DNA of 54,949 nucleotides from Campylobacterales bacterium (GTDB lineage Bacteria; Campylobacterota; Campylobacteria; Campylobacterales; QNZT01): NCBI GenBank assembly GCA_029935075.1, contig JAOZKZ010000001.1, positions 1 to 54,949 of the forward strand, read 5' to 3'. Shown piece by piece: positions 50,729 to 54,949 of this stretch (position 1 is its first letter; each line of letters starts with the position of its first letter). The notes under the pieces were generated by a model. It saw only the letters and a program-made list of their open reading frames with translations, ran no database searches and was not told where the DNA came from. The position numbers and the translations under genes were made by a program.

Positions 50729-51736
50729 ATGATTAAAAAACCACTATTTACTTTCAAATCTGGGTCGAGTGTAAAAGTTGACCAAGTACCATTATATGGT
50801 TCTATATTAATAGAAGATTCAGATGGCTCAGGGACACCTAAGCTTATATACTTAAAAGATACGACTGGTATTGATGCTGTTTTTGATATTGATGATTTAT
50901 TGGCAGATGATACACTTTGGGATGAACTAGGTGGTGCTTCAAATCCAACCTTGGCTACTTTCACTGCTACCGCTGACCAAGATACTTTTACGACTGATTA
51001 TAACCCAACAGTATTAGAAGTGTTTGTCGAGGGCATCAAAGTAGAACCAACTGAATACACCGCTTCAAATGGAACCTCTATTGTACTAGATTATGGGCTT
51101 GATGAAGGAACATGGGTGCAAATAATCACAAATAATGGTGTTGCTCAGGCTGTCCTTTATGAAAATATTACGGGAGCACCTGAAATATACACCCAAACAG
51201 AAATAGATACCAATATTTATACCAAAACAGAAATAGATACCAATTTTGCCTCTTTGGACGATCCTGATTTAACAGGAACACCTACTGCACCAACCGCCAC
51301 ACAGAGTACAAATACTACTCAAATTGCCACTACTGCTTTTGTATTGGCAAATTCAGCGAGTGATTTAGTAGATGATACCACCCCTGAATTAGGTGGAGAT
51401 TTAGACCCTAATGGGAATGCCATAATAGGAACCATAGAAAAAAGAATACAGATGGCAGCGAGCGATATTGACTGTGAAACTGGATCAGTGTTCACAAAAA
51501 CTATTTCAGGTACTACTACATTGACAGTTTCTAATCCTGCTACATCAGGACTTGTTAGCAGTTTCATTTTAGAGTTAACAGATAGTGATACAAATGTTAC
51601 ATGGTGGTCAGGTATAAAATGGGCTGGAGGAACAGCACCAACATTGACCACAACAGGGGTTGATTTATTAGGATTTTATACACATGACGCAGGAACCACA
51701 TGGCGAGGGTCTGTTTTGGCTTTGGATTCAAAATGA
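50729..51736 (+). CDS. tail fibre / receptor-binding protein
   Basis: It has the shared N-terminal anchor and mid domain. DLTGTPTAPTATQSTNTTQIATTAFV is a widespread tail-fibre motif. Its C-terminal domain is shared with 45210. Confidence 0.8.
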   Translation: MIKKPLFTFKSGSSVKVDQVPLYGSILIEDSDGSGTPKLIYLKDTTGIDAVFDIDDLLADDTLWDELGGASNPTLATFTATADQDTFTTDYNPTVLEVFVEGIKVEPTEYTASNGTSIVLDYGLDEGTWVQIITNNGVAQAVLYENITGAPEIYTQTEIDTNIYTKTEIDTNFASLDDPDLTGTPTAPTATQSTNTTQIATTAFVLANSASDLVDDTTPELGGDLDPNGNAIIGTIEKRIQMAASDIDCETGSVFTKTISGTTTLTVSNPATSGLVSSFILELTDSDTNVTWWSGIKWAGGTAPTLTTTGVDLLGFYTHDAGTTWRGSVLALDSK

Positions 51737-52167
51737 TAAGAAATATAGTTATGATGTCAGGTGATGAAATAGTAATAGTAGATTGGGTTGTTACATGGTC
51801 GGGTGGAGACTATGAGAATGAACTGAATTCCACCACATACTCTACAGCTAAATCTCAAATGACACAAGGACAATATAGTTTCACAGAAACTGGTGGAGTT
51901 TATGTATCTGAAAACCATGGGCAGGATGATTCTGTTGCTTTTATTGAAGGTAGTGTAAAAAAGCCTGGAAACATTTCATGGACAGTTTCATCTGAAACTG
52001 GTTGTGATTTCATACACATATGGAAAAATGAGACTCTTGTGGTAACTGCTGATGAGATTAATTCAGGAGATCTATCAGTTTCCACCAACGATAAGATTAG
52101 CATCTGTTATAGCAAAGATGTTAGCGTTGATAAGAATGACGATGAAGCCACATTCACATTTGATTAA
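51733..52167 (+). CDS. hypothetical protein (start revised from 51700)
   Basis: ATGA overlap with 50729-51736. Confidence 0.55.
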   Translation: MIRNIVMMSGDEIVIVDWVVTWSGGDYENELNSTTYSTAKSQMTQGQYSFTETGGVYVSENHGQDDSVAFIEGSVKKPGNISWTVSSETGCDFIHIWKNETLVVTADEINSGDLSVSTNDKISICYSKDVSVDKNDDEATFTFD

Positions 52168-52214
52168 AAATATATAATGGCAGATATACAAATGTTAGAA
52201 AACAAGGAAATAAA

Positions 52215-52703
52215 ATGGTAAAAAAAGTACTATATACATTCAACAATGAAAATTCAAAAGGACTTGATAAAGTTCCTTTGAATAGTGTTATATTTATTGA
52301 GAATAATTCAGGCTCACCTAAACTTTTGGTATTGACTGATGATGCTAGTATAACAGATTCAACCACAATAACAACATTTTTGGGATTGGTTGATCAATGG
52401 GAAGAGTTTGACACTGGGGCTTCGTTCACTTATGAATCAAAATCTGGTGCTTATACTGCATCTGTTTTTGATTATATTTATGCCGATACATCATCTGGGG
52501 TTTTCACAATCACTTTACCAGCAACACCAAGTGTTAATGATGAGGTTTATATATTAGACACTGCTTCTAGTTTTGGGACTAATAATTTAACAGTTGATAG
52601 AAATTCTGAAACTATTATGGGATTAACCGAGGATATTGATTTGAATGTAGACGATTTAGAATATAAATTTATATATACTGGGTCTGATTGGCGAGTCTTA
52701 TGA
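52215..52703 (+). CDS. short fibre-anchor protein
   Basis: Its N-terminus MVKKVLYTFNNENSKGLDKVPLNSVIFIENNSGSPKLLVL is homologous to the N-termini of 49198 and 50729. Confidence 0.65.
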   Translation: MVKKVLYTFNNENSKGLDKVPLNSVIFIENNSGSPKLLVLTDDASITDSTTITTFLGLVDQWEEFDTGASFTYESKSGAYTASVFDYIYADTSSGVFTITLPATPSVNDEVYILDTASSFGTNNLTVDRNSETIMGLTEDIDLNVDDLEYKFIYTGSDWRVL

Positions 52704-54091
52704 TTTATTCTGATATATTTAAGAGCGATGATACAGTTCCGGGCGATATCATTGATGTGCCTGAGAACTTTAAGAGTGATGATTTTTACTTGAGTATTAA
52801 CGAGGAAATAAAAATAGACATTACTAACTTCCCTGAACTTGATGGGAATGTTTTTCCTTATGATTTTAGTGATGTGACTTTAGAACAAGAGATAAATAAC
52901 CCAAGCCCTACAGAAAATGATCGTTTTGGTTCTAGTGTTTCTATTTACGGTGATAGTTGTATAATAGGGGCTTATTTGGAAGATACAGGAGAAGATAATG
53001 CTGGGAGTGTTTACATTTTTACTCGTTCTGGTACCTCATGGAGTTTAGAGCAAGAGATACATAACCCAAGCCCAACAGCAGATGATTACTTTGGTTCTAG
53101 TGTTGCTATTTACGGTGATACTTGTATTATAGGGGCTTATCAAGAAGACACAGGAGGTAGTGCTGCTGGGAGTGTTTATATCTACACCCGTTCTGGTACT
53201 ACTTGGAGTTTACAACAAGAGATACATAACCCAAGCCCTACAGCAGATGATAAGTTTGGCTATCGTGTTTCTATTTATTCAGATTCTTGTATTATAGGAG
53301 CTTATTTGGAAGACACAGGAGAAGATGATGCTGGTTCTGTATATATTTATACCCGTTCTGGCACCACATGGAGTTTAGAACAAGAAATAAATAACCCAAG
53401 CCCTGTAGCAGATGATAAGTTTGGTGACAGGGTTTCCATTTATGGTGATACTTGTATAATAAGTGCTTATGGGGATGATACAGGAGAAAGCAGTGCTGGT
53501 AGTGTTTACATTTACACCCGTTCTGGTACTACATGGAGTTTAGAACAAGAGATAAATAACCCAAGCCCAACAGCAGATGATTACTTTGGTTATAGTGTTT
53601 CTATTTACGGTGATACTTGTATAATAAGTGCTTCTCATGAAGACACAGGATTTGATCAAGCTGGTAGTGTTTACATTTACACTCGTTCTGGTACTACATG
53701 GAGTTTAGAACAAGAGATACATAACCCAAGCCCTACAGCAGATGATAGGTTTGGTTTTAGTGTTTCTATTTATTCAGATACTTGTATAATAAGTGCCTCG
53801 TATGAAGACACAGGAGAAAGCGGTGCTGGAAGTGCTTACATTTACACCCGTTCTGGTACCTCATGGAGTTTAGAACAAGAAATACATAACCCAAGCCCCA
53901 CAGCAGATGATAATTTTGGTTGGAGTGTTTCTATTTATTCAGATTCTTGTATTATAGGTGCTTATCAAGAAGACACAGGGGCTGATAGTGCTGGAAGTGC
54001 TTATGTTTTCACCGCAGATTCAACGGACATATTAACAATCCAAGGCACAAACAAAGCCCTTAAGATAAGGAATGAAAATGAGTACATATAG
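52700..54091 (+). CDS. FG-GAP/integrin-alpha-like seven-bladed beta-propeller protein (start revised from TTG 52688)
   Basis: ATGA overlap. It has seven consecutive 55-aa repeats LEQEI[HN]NPSPTADD.FG.SVSIYGD.CIIGAY.EDTGE..AGSVYIYTRSGT.WS. Confidence 0.8.
   Translation: MIYSDIFKSDDTVPGDIIDVPENFKSDDFYLSINEEIKIDITNFPELDGNVFPYDFSDVTLEQEINNPSPTENDRFGSSVSIYGDSCIIGAYLEDTGEDNAGSVYIFTRSGTSWSLEQEIHNPSPTADDYFGSSVAIYGDTCIIGAYQEDTGGSAAGSVYIYTRSGTTWSLQQEIHNPSPTADDKFGYRVSIYSDSCIIGAYLEDTGEDDAGSVYIYTRSGTTWSLEQEINNPSPVADDKFGDRVSIYGDTCIISAYGDDTGESSAGSVYIYTRSGTTWSLEQEINNPSPTADDYFGYSVSIYGDTCIISASHEDTGFDQAGSVYIYTRSGTTWSLEQEIHNPSPTADDRFGFSVSIYSDTCIISASYEDTGESGAGSAYIYTRSGTSWSLEQEIHNPSPTADDNFGWSVSIYSDSCIIGAYQEDTGADSAGSAYVFTADSTDILTIQGTNKALKIRNENEYI
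52880..54034 (+). repeat. 7 x 165-bp near-identical tandem repeats (coding)
   Basis: Repeat phase was checked at 52880, 53045 and 53210, and continues every 165 nt. Confidence 0.9.
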
Positions 54092-54949
54092 AGACTATCA
54101 TAAAAATAAATCAGACTTTGTAGCAGGGACTCTTCAAAAAGCACAAGATTATAAAGGGAATTCTATAACCGCTAGTAAATACCTCGGTGGGGATTATGGA
54201 GTGTATGTGGATAGGACTTTATATCCAGAGTTGGCTGATAATGTGATTTCAAGGGCTGCTGTTTTGCAGCAAGAAATAAATAACCCAAGCCCAGTAGCAA
54301 ATGATTACTTTGGTTGGAGTGTTTCTATTTATGGTGATACTTGTATAATAGGTGTTCGTAATGAAGACACAGGAGCCGATGATGCTGGAAGTGCTTATGT
54401 TTTCACCCGTTCTGGTACTACATGGAGTTTAGAACAAGAGATACATAACCCTACCCCAGAGATTGATGAAAGATTTGGTGTTAGTGTTGCTATTTATGGT
54501 GATACTTGTATTATAGGTGCTCCTTATGAAAACACAGGAGAAAGTGATGCTGGTAGTGCTTATGTTTATACCCGTTCTGGTACTACATGGACACTAGAAC
54601 AAACGATAAATAACCCAAGCCCAACAGCAAGTGATTTATTTGGTTCTAGTGTTGCTATTTACGGTGATACTTGTATTATAGGGGCTTTTTTGGAAGACAC
54701 AGGAGAAGATAATGCTGGAAGTGCTTATGTTTACACCCGTTCTGGTACTACATGGAGTTTAGAACAAGAGATACATAACCCAAGCCCAACAGCAAGTGAT
54801 GATTTTGGTTATAGTGTTTCTATTTACGGTGATACTTGTATTATAGGGGCTTATTTGGAAGACACAGGAGAAGATAATGCTGGTAGTGTTTACATTTACA
54901 CCCGTTCTGGTACTACATGGAGTTTAGAACAAGAGATACATAACCCAAG
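54078..54949 (+). CDS. second FG-GAP-like propeller protein, 3'-partial at the window end (absent from the ORF track)
   Basis: Translated by hand as MSTYRDYHKNKSDF... then LQQEINNPSPVANDYFGWSVSIYGDTCIIG... The frame has no stop to 54949. ATG 54078 lies 6 nt after aagga, and ATG 54072 is an alternative start. Confidence 0.75.
   Translation, partial: MSTYRDYHKNKSDFVAGTLQKAQDYKGNSITASKYLGGDYGVYVDRTLYPELADNVISRAAVLQQEINNPSPVANDYFGWSVSIYGDTCIIGVRNEDTGADDAGSAYVFTRSGTTWSLEQEIHNPTPEIDERFGVSVAIYGDTCIIGAPYENTGESDAGSAYVYTRSGTTWTLEQTINNPSPTASDLFGSSVAIYGDTCIIGAFLEDTGEDNAGSAYVYTRSGTTWSLEQEIHNPSPTASDDFGYSVSIYGDTCIIGAYLEDTGEDNAGSVYIYTRSGTTWSLEQEIHNP
54264..54949 (+). repeat. at least 4.1 further copies of the 165-bp repeat, continuing beyond the window
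   Basis: Repeat starts fall at 54264, 54429, 54594, 54759 and 54924. Confidence 0.9.

Noticed and set aside
52187-52231. 14-codon mini-ORF (MADIQMLENKEIKW) and a tatataat string in the gap before 52215.
   Set aside because: The ORF is too short, has no RBS, and overlaps the RBS and start of 52215. The hexamer lacks the TGn and upstream box of the early cassette.

Overview
This window is AT-rich and very tightly packed, with many ATGA, TAATG and TGATG stop-start overlaps. All but one gene lie on the plus strand. It reads as a piece of a large virulent T4-like phage genome. All homology calls rest on motifs I recognised by eye; no database search or structure prediction was possible.

Region 1-39.8 kb holds early, middle and accessory genes:
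- a T4 RnlA-type RNA ligase and an ATP-dependent DNA ligase
- a GroES-like co-chaperonin
- two N6-adenine-methyltransferase-like genes
- GIY-YIG and HNH homing endonucleases
- a PTH2 peptidyl-tRNA hydrolase
- an NMNAT-like cytidylyltransferase
- an NlpC/P60 peptidase
- class Ia ribonucleotide reductase: nrdB, plus nrdA fractured at its catalytic Cys by a split mini-intein with a free-standing HNH gene between the halves
- a Lar-like restriction-alleviation protein
- dozens of small ORFs

Region 39.85 kb to the window end is a late tail-fibre and receptor-binding module. Its fibre genes are mosaic, and it carries several beta-propeller repeat proteins. The last of these runs off the window.

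Regulation appears T4-like. At least 14 copies of an early promoter cassette (TTTTAAG-N-TGnTATAAT) are present. Exact TATAAATA late boxes occur only in gaps just upstream of start codons, as far as I located them. One sits in the loop of an 11-bp hairpin that sequesters the RBS of the first structural gene.

The most unusual content is as follows:
1. An eight-gene tandem array of diversifying paralogs spans 7779-14439, with four more divergent relatives at 18.9-22.8 kb. Their motif order resembles the PARP-type ADP-ribosyltransferase core.
2. About 22 genes, many otherwise unrelated, share an N-terminal leader M-x-F-K-[DE]-Y-L-x-E. It resembles the T4 capsid-targeting sequence and prohead-protease site.
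3. Eleven small ORFs share a C-terminal [HY]PE[YML][FM]L tail that is contiguous with the promoter cassette.
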